This document shows, piece by piece, positions 11,691 to 23,600 of a stretch of 64,000 bases of DNA (positions within the stretch are counted from its first letter, which is position 1; every line of letters starts with the position of its first letter). The translations under genes were made by a program, and so were the position numbers. The stretch lies in the NCBI GenBank assembly GCA_002633005.1, contig NMRA01000152.1, positions 186,001 to 250,000 on the forward strand. Reading direction: 5' to 3'. The notes below the pieces were generated by a model. The model searched no databases. It had not been told where the DNA came from and saw only the letters and a list, made by a program, of their open reading frames with translations. This DNA comes from Phoronis australis. Taxonomy: Eukaryota > Animalia > Phoronida.

Positions 11691-14600
11691 GTGCTCATCT
11701 GCTCTCAACTCGACTCAACTCACTCAAGTCAAGTCGACACTTGACTTGTGTTGCTTAGTTTCTGTTCACTTGACACGATATCTCACATGTTGTGACTGAA
11801 CTTAGAATGGCACCTGATCTCAAGATCATTTATTCTTGAATTTGGAATCCCTAGTTCACTGTCAAGCAATTTCAATATTAAACAAATTGGAGGTTTCATT
11901 TTCAAATTTATGTAGGCATTGTAGGCTGGATGGAAATAGTGTTGATTTTAAAACGATGAAGAATTTTTTGCAACACTTTTGTCACAGTGTGAAAGGAATA
12001 TCTGAACAGTTAATCAAGTACTGTTTATCAAATAAAAGAAAGTCGTAAGTTTTGTTATGCCAAGACAGATTAGCTAAAATTGTAATTTTCTTAACATGTG
12101 TTTTGATTTGAAGCTGTGCAGTTTTTTTACAAACATGCCAACTTGCTTAATCTTATGATTGCCTGAACTCGGGTATTGTTTGAGGTTTATGCACCACTTC
12201 TTGACTTTTTAGCTTCTCTAAATGCTTATCTCTTTGCATTTGTTTGGATTTGGCTTATGAATAAGTCTTGTTTTTAAGGCTGTTCTTTCGTCAGATTTTG
12301 TCGTAACGTCACTGAGCACTACTGTGACAATTTAGGACACAAGATGATGGACATAAATTTAATTTACTCATTTATTTATAAAAAGATATGTAGCATCAAA
12401 CGAATGCATTACCATGTTCAAGATCTGTACTATAGCTCTCAGAAAAAAAATATTTTGAAAAATGATGGCATGGGCAACAATGTTACAGGACTTTGAAAAC
12501 AAAAAAAGGTAATTTTAGCAATTATTTTTGTCTGAAATTGGTGAGAATTTACCGTAACATAAACATAACAGCTGGTAAAAAAGTTATCCTTTAAACTATC
12601 AGCAACGTTTATAAAGAAAAAATTGAGAACTGAATAGAAACTCCTGAGGGTCTTGTAAACATAAGCTTGAAGTTCCAAACTGAACCTGTGATGTTGCACT
12701 GGAGTACATGAAGCATCCACTTGGTCTCTGAACACCCCTGTAGCCAATGGTCCTCACTGCAAATAATAACATTTAGTTAGTTTCGTCCAAAAAGAAACTT
12801 TTTAATCTTTGCAGATAGTACAAGGCTGATCCTGGAATTTAATGACTGTAATCGTTGCATGTTATTCTTTTTCTTTCAGTGATGCTTGTGGTATACCAAT
12901 ACGTGGGCCACAGTTCACAGTCATATTTTAGCAGTTTTATCATGCCAAACTCCTGCTTAACTTTAATTTCTGTTCTTTTCCTAGTGGCTTTGAACCTGCC
13001 TGGGCTGGTGACGTGACTACAAAGGGGGATTTGTTTTTTGTTGATTCGCGTACAGCTGAGCCCAGTGAAGAACAAGAGAGTTTGGCCGACAACAACAACC
13101 GTGAGAAGGAGATACTAGATGGCAGCAGTGGTGACAAACTGCGTCAAAAAAAGGGATTGAATAAACTAAAAGGATTTATCAAAAAGAGTGTGTCAAAAGA
13201 CAGCTTAGAGTCGCATCAAATGAACGGCCATGTGTTGACTGTCGTGAAGGAAGTGATATTGTTAGTGGATCCTGGTCGTCATAACTATGGTCGCCGAGCA
13301 ACGTTATGCGAGTCTTTGTTTGGAATTATTCCTCGGCATTATGCGCAGAATGCATTGAGTAAACCGCAAGAGGACGTGCAATCCAAGGATGGAAGAATCA
13401 TTGTGCAGGGTCTTGTACCAGGGGGAGAGGCTCTCAAATCCGGACAAGTCCAGTTGGGTAAGCACAGGGACATAGGAGTATTGTAATATCAGACTGGATC
13501 AAATCCAACTAGGTTAATACTTAGTAACATATTCCAGGCATCCGAAATACATTTGGTTCCATGCACAAGGTTAAACAATTAGGGTGGCTGAAGAATTCAG
13601 AGTGTGCTGTGTTTGTGTGAGCTAATTACATGCATTTTGGAAACTGATGTGAGCATTCACAAAGTTATGTTTCTTTAAAGGAGAATGCCACCCGATTTAG
13701 CTAGTCTTTTTTACAGTCTTAATCGGTCTGTATCCACATCACCTCTTATACAGTAGACCTCACCTTGCCGAGAGGTGTCGCGTTAACCTGTGAGGAAGGT
13801 GAGAAACGACACAGCGACGTCAGTGGTTCATCTGTTAAATGCTGCTATATTGCGGTGCATCATTCCCGCTTGTCCAAACTAGGAAGCTGCGAAGAAAGCG
13901 GATATATTGTTTTTTCGATTTCCTCGAGAGTCCGAAATGCTTAGGAAGTAGCTCGCGGTAGTGAAGAATGAAAAGTAGGCTGTTAGTAGCAAGTAGCCGT
14001 GAAACATCTCCGTGTCAGTGGCCGGCATTTCATCGACAGTGATTTCTCTGACGAATTCCAGCTTACCAAAGAACTATCCATACATTCCGTTGCCTACATG
14101 TTCACGGCGCATCTGCTAGTATCTCTTGATCAGTGCATTCCGGTTCGAACTGATAGCCTGTGAAACCTAACGATCCGACCCGTGAAATTTTTGTCGGATG
14201 AGCTCTCGACTAAGTCGGGATTGGTGCCGGGCGAGTTGCCATGTAGACGTTTATTATTCTGCATTTTGTTTCAAAATGAACTATTCTCACCCTAACCAAT
14301 GCTTATATAAAAGTGAAACAAAGTCGTCTGTTTCATTAGATACAATTTGTAATGCCTTTGGAGTATTCGTGAGTGCAAATGTTTTGAGAAGCCAGTAATG
14401 AATAAAGCGCTGCGTTACCGGCTTTAGATGCAATGAAGGTAACTGACCAGGCAGGCAGGCACCAAGGCCATGTGAGCGTATGCTAATTCAGTGCTTGCAG
14501 ACAGCTGTTGTGAAACAATAACTCGATTTTATATGCTATGGTCACATGTTAGGGTAATCTTTATTTAGATACACAAATACATTTATTTATTCAAATTATT

Positions 14601-17600
14601 TTTACTATACAACCTTTGCCCTGACTGTTCTGTGGAAGGGGAACCTGACTTCGCGGCCCCCGACAAGTAAGTTTCATGGCTAATTCACCTAAATAATTAC
14701 GGGCATATTATTTCTTTGGCTCACTATTATAGTATTTTTGTTACTGGAGGTTTAGTTTCCAACTTAAGCTGGTTTATGTTCGTGATGTCCTGTCCCGACG
14801 GCCGCCATACCGTGAATAATACGCTTACAAGGAAGTCACACCTTTCTAAAGATATGCGGGAATTTTCACCGTTCGTCCTTCGGAGTGACTTTTACCAGGA
14901 TCAAAGAGAGTCAGATACAGTTGTGATGACCGCATTGCCCGATGCGAGCAAGACCCAATTAAGTGTAATTACCCGACCATAAACTGTATTAAACATCTCT
15001 GACTGTACATGATGGCGAATTTTCAAAATGCATTAACCACTAATTTTCGTTAAAAATGAAAACAACACGGCGATATTCAGCTGGAAAAAAACCACCAAGT
15101 ACGGTTTTCGATTTTTAAAAATCGATGAACTAATAATCTAACAACTACAACCATTGGGTATGATGAAATAAACTATGGCGCGTATTGATATACTCGGTGG
15201 ATATACAAACACTGATCAGCATTAACATGGTTTCATTTTTTAATATTCTTTAAAACTCGTTTAATCAGATTTTTGACCAGGAAACAGGTGTACTTAACTT
15301 TTGCCCATTTTTCATTTTTTATTACTGACAAAGAGCTAAAATAGTTATATAGTCAGTGCCACCAAAATTGTCTAAAGATTCCAAGTCTTCGGTTCTAGTT
15401 ATCACCATATTTGCACTTTTGTATATATTTTATGATTTGAGTTCTAATAAAGATTAAACTTTAATGGCACGTGAAATGTTTAGTGTAGGCCTACCTGTAA
15501 TGTGGAAAGTTCAGGGATGGGCTCACAATAAACTTAACTAATTAAGTTTCGCTGGCGATCAAAATGTACCACAGTTTTGGTACTTAAAGTTTAAAACTTA
15601 GATTAAAAGTTATCAACCCATTCCCGGTAAGAAAAAAAACAAGTGAGCAGAAGCATTAAAAATTAAATAACGAAAATCAATATGAAACATATTGTTCCTT
15701 TGGGAAGTGGCCCTTTGTGAAGATAAACACATGTTAACCTTTTTAGTCATTGTGTAATATTTATAATGTACCAAGTTAAAACTGCTCTCCAGAGTTGCAG
15801 GCTGTAACGCTGCAAATGTCAGAGAAAACCTAATTGGAAGTACTAACAAAAACATTGTTAAAACAGTGATGCTAGCAATTACCTTTCCACTTCATTAGCT
15901 CAGATGTACATCAATACAAAGGGCTTGCTGAATAGGCATTGTAAAAGTTGTCTGGGGCTAAGGGACTCTGAGGGGTGACCAATGTAAGCCAGAAATTCTC
16001 CAGATGGCGACGGACCTGATCGGGTTCATAACCACTGGCGGGGAGTAACAAGCGTTTTGTGTGTTTGGAACTGAAAAAATCGCAAGTCTTAAAGGATAAC
16101 ACACAGCTGTGTTCCCCCGTCTGTATTTCACGGAAAAATGATTCGAATTTATCACCAAACAGATCCAAACTCCCGTGATGGACCATGATAATTTGGCCTT
16201 GGCTACCGAACTCTGTAGCCTAGTACGGTACGTTCAAATACCTACAAATCCGTAACAGTGAAATAAAACAATCACGTTTGTTCAAGAACTCGATGTATTT
16301 GTAAGGGATTTACATTGACTTTTGATGATTTATTGATGTAAAACGATGAATCCAACCGACAAATTGACACCAGTAAGCGTGTTGTGATCGGCTGAACAGA
16401 CTGCGTTCGAACTGATTACGTCATTGGTTAATTTCAACACCTCCGTCTGCCGTTAGGTGTCAGGTAAAACACCTGAACTTGTTGTTATCGAGTGGAACTA
16501 CTCGATCTAAATTGATACAAAATAGGTTGTTTTTTGGGTGGCATTCTCCTTTAAGGAAACAAACCTCTCAACTGTACGAGTGGAAGGCGGACTTGTTTAA
16601 CAGAGAATAGGCCTTAAAAAGTAAAAGAATATTCTAGGGAAGGAAATTGATTTTAGGTGAAGGGCATTAGTCTGTATGAATACTAGTACTCTACTACACA
16701 GAGATTTGCTACTTTCTCTTTATCCTGGGCATTTGTCCTGAAGTGTAGGAACCTGTCAGAACATTTTGAAAATAAGCCCAACAAAATTCACCAGTGCCGT
16801 ATGGCAACCAAACTTTAGCCCAAATTGATCTGCAATAGAGAAAACGAACAACTTCCGAATAGAGTGGTTCTTTGCCTCGAATCATGAAGTTTGTGATAAA
16901 CACGAGGGGCAAAGGGAACACATTCTGTCCTCTGTTCCCATGAATAGATCAGGCAAATTTCTGGATAAAAGTAAAATGAATTGGGCGTTCTGAAAATAAA
17001 TCGGACCCAGTCCTATAGGAGATGTTTAAAATCTCTGACTTCACGGGGAATAACTACTTCCTTGACTTAACGATTGTAAATATCAGGGTGAGTGGACCAG
17101 TACTAGGTACTTGTCATTGATGAAATCTTTAAGGTCTCAAAATTATAGACTAGTGATCAGCCATGGTGTAGAGGGCTCTCTACCCCGATACATGGAGACT
17201 CACCTGTCATGAAATCTTTGTGGCTGATTACAGCAAGTAGTGGATTATTCATTGACTGTGAACTGCTTTTCAGGTGACTGGCTTGTCAGTGTTAATGGTC
17301 AGCTTGTGACCACTGCCAATGTTGACAACATACTAGTAGAGATTACATCACCGACTGAGGTAAGGCTGACTTGCTAAACAAGCATTTCAGTGGGAGCTTT
17401 TCAAGTAGCAACATGGCGACTGGTCACATGGGATCCGATTCTATTGGGGTCTACAGGACAAGGGAATTTCACTTTAAATTTGTTTAAAACACATTATGTT
17501 TTCTCACATTCACCGAAAAAGGGTCTTGTTACAATTTCAAACATGTTTACCTATGCCACCTGTTGGGATGGAGAAGTACCTCCTTGTACATCCAGCTGGC

Positions 17601-20600
17601 TATGTGACTCACTGGTCCCACAAGATCAGCCATTGCTTCCTGAGACTCTCCCATTACAAAGCTAACTGCTGTAGAAATGGTGACCAATTAAACCTTACTT
17701 CCCCTTTCATTGTATTCAGAAGTATTGAAATACATTGGACTTCTATGGACTAGGTCACTGAAAACATCTTGCGAAGACTCACCAACACTTTGTCTGCAGT
17801 CATAGGTTGAAAAGTGTTCGCTGTGTTATGGTGATCATTGAACTCCACATTCGTCTGTGCTATCATTGCAAAGTCTTGAACTGAACTGATAAATCTCACT
17901 GCACTGTGTAACTGATTGGTCCCTGTAGACCTGTGTTGGTATTGTTTTTATTTAAAACAAGATTTCTGTTGATGCTATGCAGCCCACATTGTATTCAAAC
18001 ATTCTGTTACATAATTTGTTGTTTTTAGACTGGCGCAAAATAAATTCAAGTGTTTACTTACAGTAAATTTGACAAAAGGCCTATGGAGCCCTGCTACTAA
18101 ATCACAGCAAGCCCAAGTCTGAGCATAAAACCTTATTCACGCCTTCTAAGCATTAGAGCAATGTAAAATAAACACGTTATCCCATCTTATAACAAGTGAA
18201 AAACCCTATCAGCTAAGGGAACCTGGTCCCCTTGAACAAAGTAGTTTCTACCAGGGGTTTAGTGTTCAATGTTCTTACAACAAGCTGCTACTGGGGTACA
18301 GCTTGTCTCTCAAGATGAGGTCAGTTTACACGAGGAAAGAATGTGACCACTTATATTTTGGACACCTTCGTCCATCTAGTGATGACCATGTGCCGAGGTC
18401 ATCGCGTCATTTGGCCACGTATCCTGAGCCAGCGGTCAAACGGGTCGCTTGGGGTACGCCAGTCGCTCCACCCTCGTTTGTCAACATTACTCCCACAATT
18501 CCAGTCAGTCGCTCAAATGGTTCTGTCAGCCCTCAGGTAAGGTGGCACATATTGTGAAGTACGCACCTGTTCAGGTACGCTGTGGTAAAAAGTCTTCAGT
18601 CTTAGACAAAATGTGGTGGAAAAGTCAAATTTTACCCAGTCAAATTTCTTAACAAAAATTAATTATTACGAAAATTTTGCTTCTGATCATTTTAGGATTG
18701 TTGTCCTGCAAGGCTATTTTCAAACAATATTGGTTTGGTATGATTTTTAGCATTTGCAGCAGTGGAGCAAGTCTGATAAAAAGTTTTGAAATATTCCTTT
18801 GTCTTAAATTGAAGAATTTTTGCTGCATTTATAACAATTTTGTACTCCACCATACACATTTATTCCATGTGTCAACATGTTGCTGTCTTTACTCAGGTGA
18901 AGTTAAAGTTACAACGTACAGCCAGTGACCAGTCTACGGTGGTCAAGCCTCGTCCAGTGTCTAATGACAACCTGGTTAAGCTGGTGCGTGGAGACCGACT
19001 GGACGCGTACAAAGGAGATTTGTCCCAGCACCCCCATGTGGTGATGTATTTAACACTTGAGGGGACGTCTGAGAACATGCAGGACAGGGTAGGTGGCAAA
19101 AGTCAATGGTTATGCTAGCATTAAATTCTCTTCAATTAGAACTCAAGCTAGGGGAACAAGGAAATTTTATCTCATCAGTTTTCAACTAAAATAACTTAAT
19201 GTCCCAAATGTACTGATCAATATAACTTTTTGCCTAAAATGACTTGCCTTGAGAAGCCAACTGATTGGGCATTAACTATTTGCCAGCTCTTCTCAAGTAC
19301 GGAAATCACTTTCAATCTGAGTAAAGAACAATCTAACACCAGTCTTGTTATGGNGCAAGTCTGATAAAAAGTTTTGAAATATTCCTTTGTCTTAAATTGA
19401 AGAATTTTTGCTGCATTTATAACAATTTTGTACTCCACCGTACACATTTATTCCATGTGTCAACATGTTGCTGTCTTTACTCAGGTGAAGTTAAAGTTAC
19501 AACGTACAGCCAGTGACCAGTCTACGGTGGTCAAGCCTCGTCCAGTGTCTAATGACAACCTGGTTAAGCTGGTGCGTGGAGACCGACTGGACGCGTACAA
19601 AGGAGATTTGTCCCAGCACCCCCATGTGGTGATGTATTTAACACTTGAGGGGACGTCTGAGAACATGCAGGACAGGGTAGGTGGCAAAAGTCAATGGTTA
19701 TGCTAGCATTAAATTCTCTTCAATTAGAACTCAAGCTAGGGGAACAAGGAAATTTTATCTCATCAGTTTTCAACTAAAATAAATTAATGTCCCAAATGTA
19801 AAAAAAAATAATTGCAGGTGGTCTGATACACGTTGTATCAGACGTGCGCAGGCCTCGCATGTGGGCCCATTGCACTGATCACCTGGAAATATTTTTATGC
19901 TTTATTGATATATGGTTAAAACCGAGCTGAGTAGCTAGAAACCTGGCTCAAGGGTTTAGCAGTGTGACCTGGTGGGACTTGAACCCACGACTTCGAGTAA
20001 AGAAAGCGGGCACTTATCAACCAGGCCACACTGCCTCCTCGTCCCAAATGTACTGATCAATATAACTTTTTGCCTAAAATGACTTGCCTTGAGAAGCCAA
20101 CTGATTGGGCATTAACTATTTGTCAGCTCTTCCCAAGTACGGAAATCACTTTCAATCTAACAGCAGTCTTGTTATGGTATGTGGTCTAAATCAAAAGTGA
20201 TAATTTGATGGAAGGTGAGTTTACTGTAGTTTCGTTCACTACTTGCATGAATTTGCCATTATGCTTGAAAACGGGGTGTTGTGTCCACAAGCATAATGGT
20301 TCCAGCTGATATTTAGAACACGCGTGCTTTCACGTTTACGTTGTTAAAATTTATGTTAAAACGAGGCATTGTGCACAACAATCATTTTTGTAGCGCCACC
20401 TAGGTGTGTAAGTAGTGAACTGGAATAGCTAGATGACTTTTGTGCGGGCTCTGAGATGTGTGTAGCACGAAGGTAATCTCATGTATACTGAATGTATTGC
20501 AGGATGATATAGTATACCAGTTTCCAAAAGTAGACAACAAGCTGGTTGAAGTGCGAGGCATGTTCATCACTCTCACACACATGTTGGTTGATGTAACCAA

Positions 20601-23600
20601 CAATAATGCCAAAAAGTAAGTCAACGCATTACTTTAAAGTGAACCGATGCAAAAATGTTCAAAAAATATACATGGCTTCTACTGGGAATTTTTGGCTCAT
20701 TGTTCAGTACCCTGAGTTGTTGTCTTGGAATACTGGAGGCAAACTGCACCAGAATCAAGACCGTTGTTTTCTGCAGTAGAGAGAGATAAATGCGTTGTTA
20801 GAAAATTTCACGTGACTTTTCAAGAAGATTTTGAAAAAATTGATATGTTTTTCTCCGTCAACTACTTCACCTGGATGAACGATTGTGTCCATCGCCTAAT
20901 AGTACGTAGATTATTAAGCACGGAACTTTGTTGTTACTGCAAGCTTACAAGTGAGTTTGTCATTGCTGAAGTCTCTAAACAGACAGTATCACAAAGCATA
21001 ATAGAGAATTACCCCGTTAACGTAGAAGATGGACTTAAAGGATAATTTAGCATCTTCAAGCATGTTATGTAACTGTTCCTAAAATGAACATATAATAATG
21101 TCACCCGTTCAGTAACCACAAATTTAGTTGACATCATCAAGCTCACCTCGTCTCCCTTCCAGTTCCACTGTGCTCTGTGATGGCCGACTAGTTCATGTGG
21201 GATACTCAACAGAAGCCAGAGACGTCCTCATTGTTGCCATGCCATCTGACTGGTAACTACTGTTACGTTTTACAATCGGTTAAAAATATTTTCTTCTTCA
21301 TGTGTACTCCCCTTTGCTTGTGAAGTTGTGCGTGACATTAACAACATTTGAAACAAACACAAAATTTATTTCGATCAGCTTCAGTTGTCACTTCGAATGT
21401 AAGTCTGTGCTTTTGTACAGTGTTAAAGCAGATATAAACCCACATTCCTATTGAAGAAATTATTAATAACCTCAATTAGTCCTTTAAAAACATGCCTCAA
21501 CTTGTTGGCTACAGTACGAGCTAAAAGTATTCAGACAAAATGATATGAAGATACGCGTCATGGTGGCTGGATGGAAGCTGAATGCATTGTAAATAGTTGT
21601 CTCCCCTGATGACCAAAAATGAAGGGGGAATTAACAGGAATGTTATTAAGGTGACTCAGCCATTCTGTGGTTAAAATTCTAACGCAATAATGGTTATTAC
21701 CAAAAAGTAATTTTTGCTGTTTACAGAATTAGCCGTGATGGGAAAACGGTATTTTGTCTGATCACTTTTGTCTAAGACTTGTACTCTAACTCAGATGTAA
21801 AGGGATTTTTGGGCTTGGAAATACTAAACGTTTGTTATTGTTTGAGACCATGTCCGTCGTGACTAACCAGCTTGATGGGTTTGGTCTCAAGAATCTTTTA
21901 ATTCTTTCAAAGGCGAGTAATCCCCTCAAATTTGACTAACAAACAATTAGAAACCTATTCCGTAGTTGTAATTGGTCTTATTTTGAAAGTTACATTTTGT
22001 AAATAAAGGTGGGTTTCTAGCCGCTTTAGACCTCAGAAGCCTGAACAGTGCTTCTTCCAGAAGTGCTCCAGATTTGGCGTGTTAATTGAAGACCCTTAAA
22101 ATTGTGGTGTCAAGTTCTAGAAAATGACCTTTGGCTAACGTCTGCTTCAAGGACACTTATGTGTCACTTTAGAATTGACAGATCCAACTGGCACTGGAGA
22201 CCTGGACCCAGGGTCAAATTTATGTACTTGGAACTAGACTCTAAAACTGACCAAATACTAGGCACGGTTCGAATAAATGTACAAAGTTTTACTCGAATCA
22301 TCTGGTGTGATTGGTCAAGTTTTGAGTCTTAAGTTTTGAGATTAGAGTCTGTGCCCTCGTATCTTTTCATTTCAGTTCACCATATTCCCTCGGCTTTTGT
22401 TAGGGACAGGATTTTGGAAACTCGGCTGAAGGTTATTTAATTGATGTATGACAGGCAACTACATAGCTCTTACATTTTCATTTTAGTGTGTCTATTCTAC
22501 AAATGAATCACATCATTGAAGACGTCATCAGACTGCTTCGTGTTCTATATGGCTCTTTAGGCGGGTGAGTAATGCATACATTTTGTATGGTAAAATCTCA
22601 CCAATTTTGGACAATCATAATTACCAAAATATAAATTTTTGTGCGGCCACTTGCTTATATGTGGATGCATAAAAATGGAGAGTTATTGTACTGCATTTAT
22701 GACAGCCAATCAGGGGACAAAATCATGACTAAATGTGTAATAACAATTTAGTTGAAACTTATAGTATGACAGTAAGTGGGGTCCACTGTGTTGTGCATTT
22801 TCAATTGCTCGTAGATTTGAGCATCTTGCTCTCCACGTCTCGCTGTTCTTTCCAGGGCATTTGGTGATGAGAGGAACCATGAAAGACTTGATCATTTCTT
22901 CAACCTGTTGTTCCACCGCGCCTTACTTCGTGATGAGCAAGCTGATCACGGACTGCACTGTCATGAGCCTCACTCAGAAGTCTTTCTCGATGCACTACAT
23001 GGCGTCAAAGGTCTCCAGTTGTCAGATGAGGTCAAGGTCACTGTGGATAACACCCTAAGTGAGCTGGAGGCTGCTGACTTTGCCGACATGGTGAGTATTG
23101 ATCATGGCTTGGAATTTTCCGTGGAAACGCGGATTTCCGCTTTTTTCAAATGTTCTGTCTGCGCATTTTATTATATTTCCGCGTAAAAAAAAGATCGGAT
23201 TTGATATAAAATTTCCGCGGCAAACTCCTTTCTTACCGCGGCGTTGCCGACGACGTTCACCTTGAAAAGCGGAAGTTGGTCTTCATGTTTCAGAGGAATG
23301 TAAATTGTCAACATTGCCGGGGCATCTGGGATAGCGTGGTGGGATTTTCAATGGCGTCTCGTGTGATTGTAAACCGCGGTGACAAATACTATGGCTCGGC
23401 AGCCAAAAATGTGTGGGGGTGGGAGTGGACGGACAAGCTAAAAAGACACAGACGCACGCTACTGATGGTGGTGACTTTTTGTTTAGTCCTCCCGAATTTT
23501 GTCGGCGAAAGGTTCACAGAGACTATTTCAAGGCTACGTAGCGCACATATTTAGGGCCGTAAAAGTTTCCGCGTTTTTTGTCATTGGTCATTCCAAGCCC

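Noticed and set aside
12880-12902. Strong alternative acceptor upstream of INTU exon 2 (possible micro-exon)
   Set aside because: The nearby GT donors give the wrong phase, and read-through hits a TAG
19970-20040. tRNA gene
   Set aside because: A/B boxes are present, but no full cloverleaf is evident, and it heads a TSD-flanked 240-bp insert, so it is a SINE
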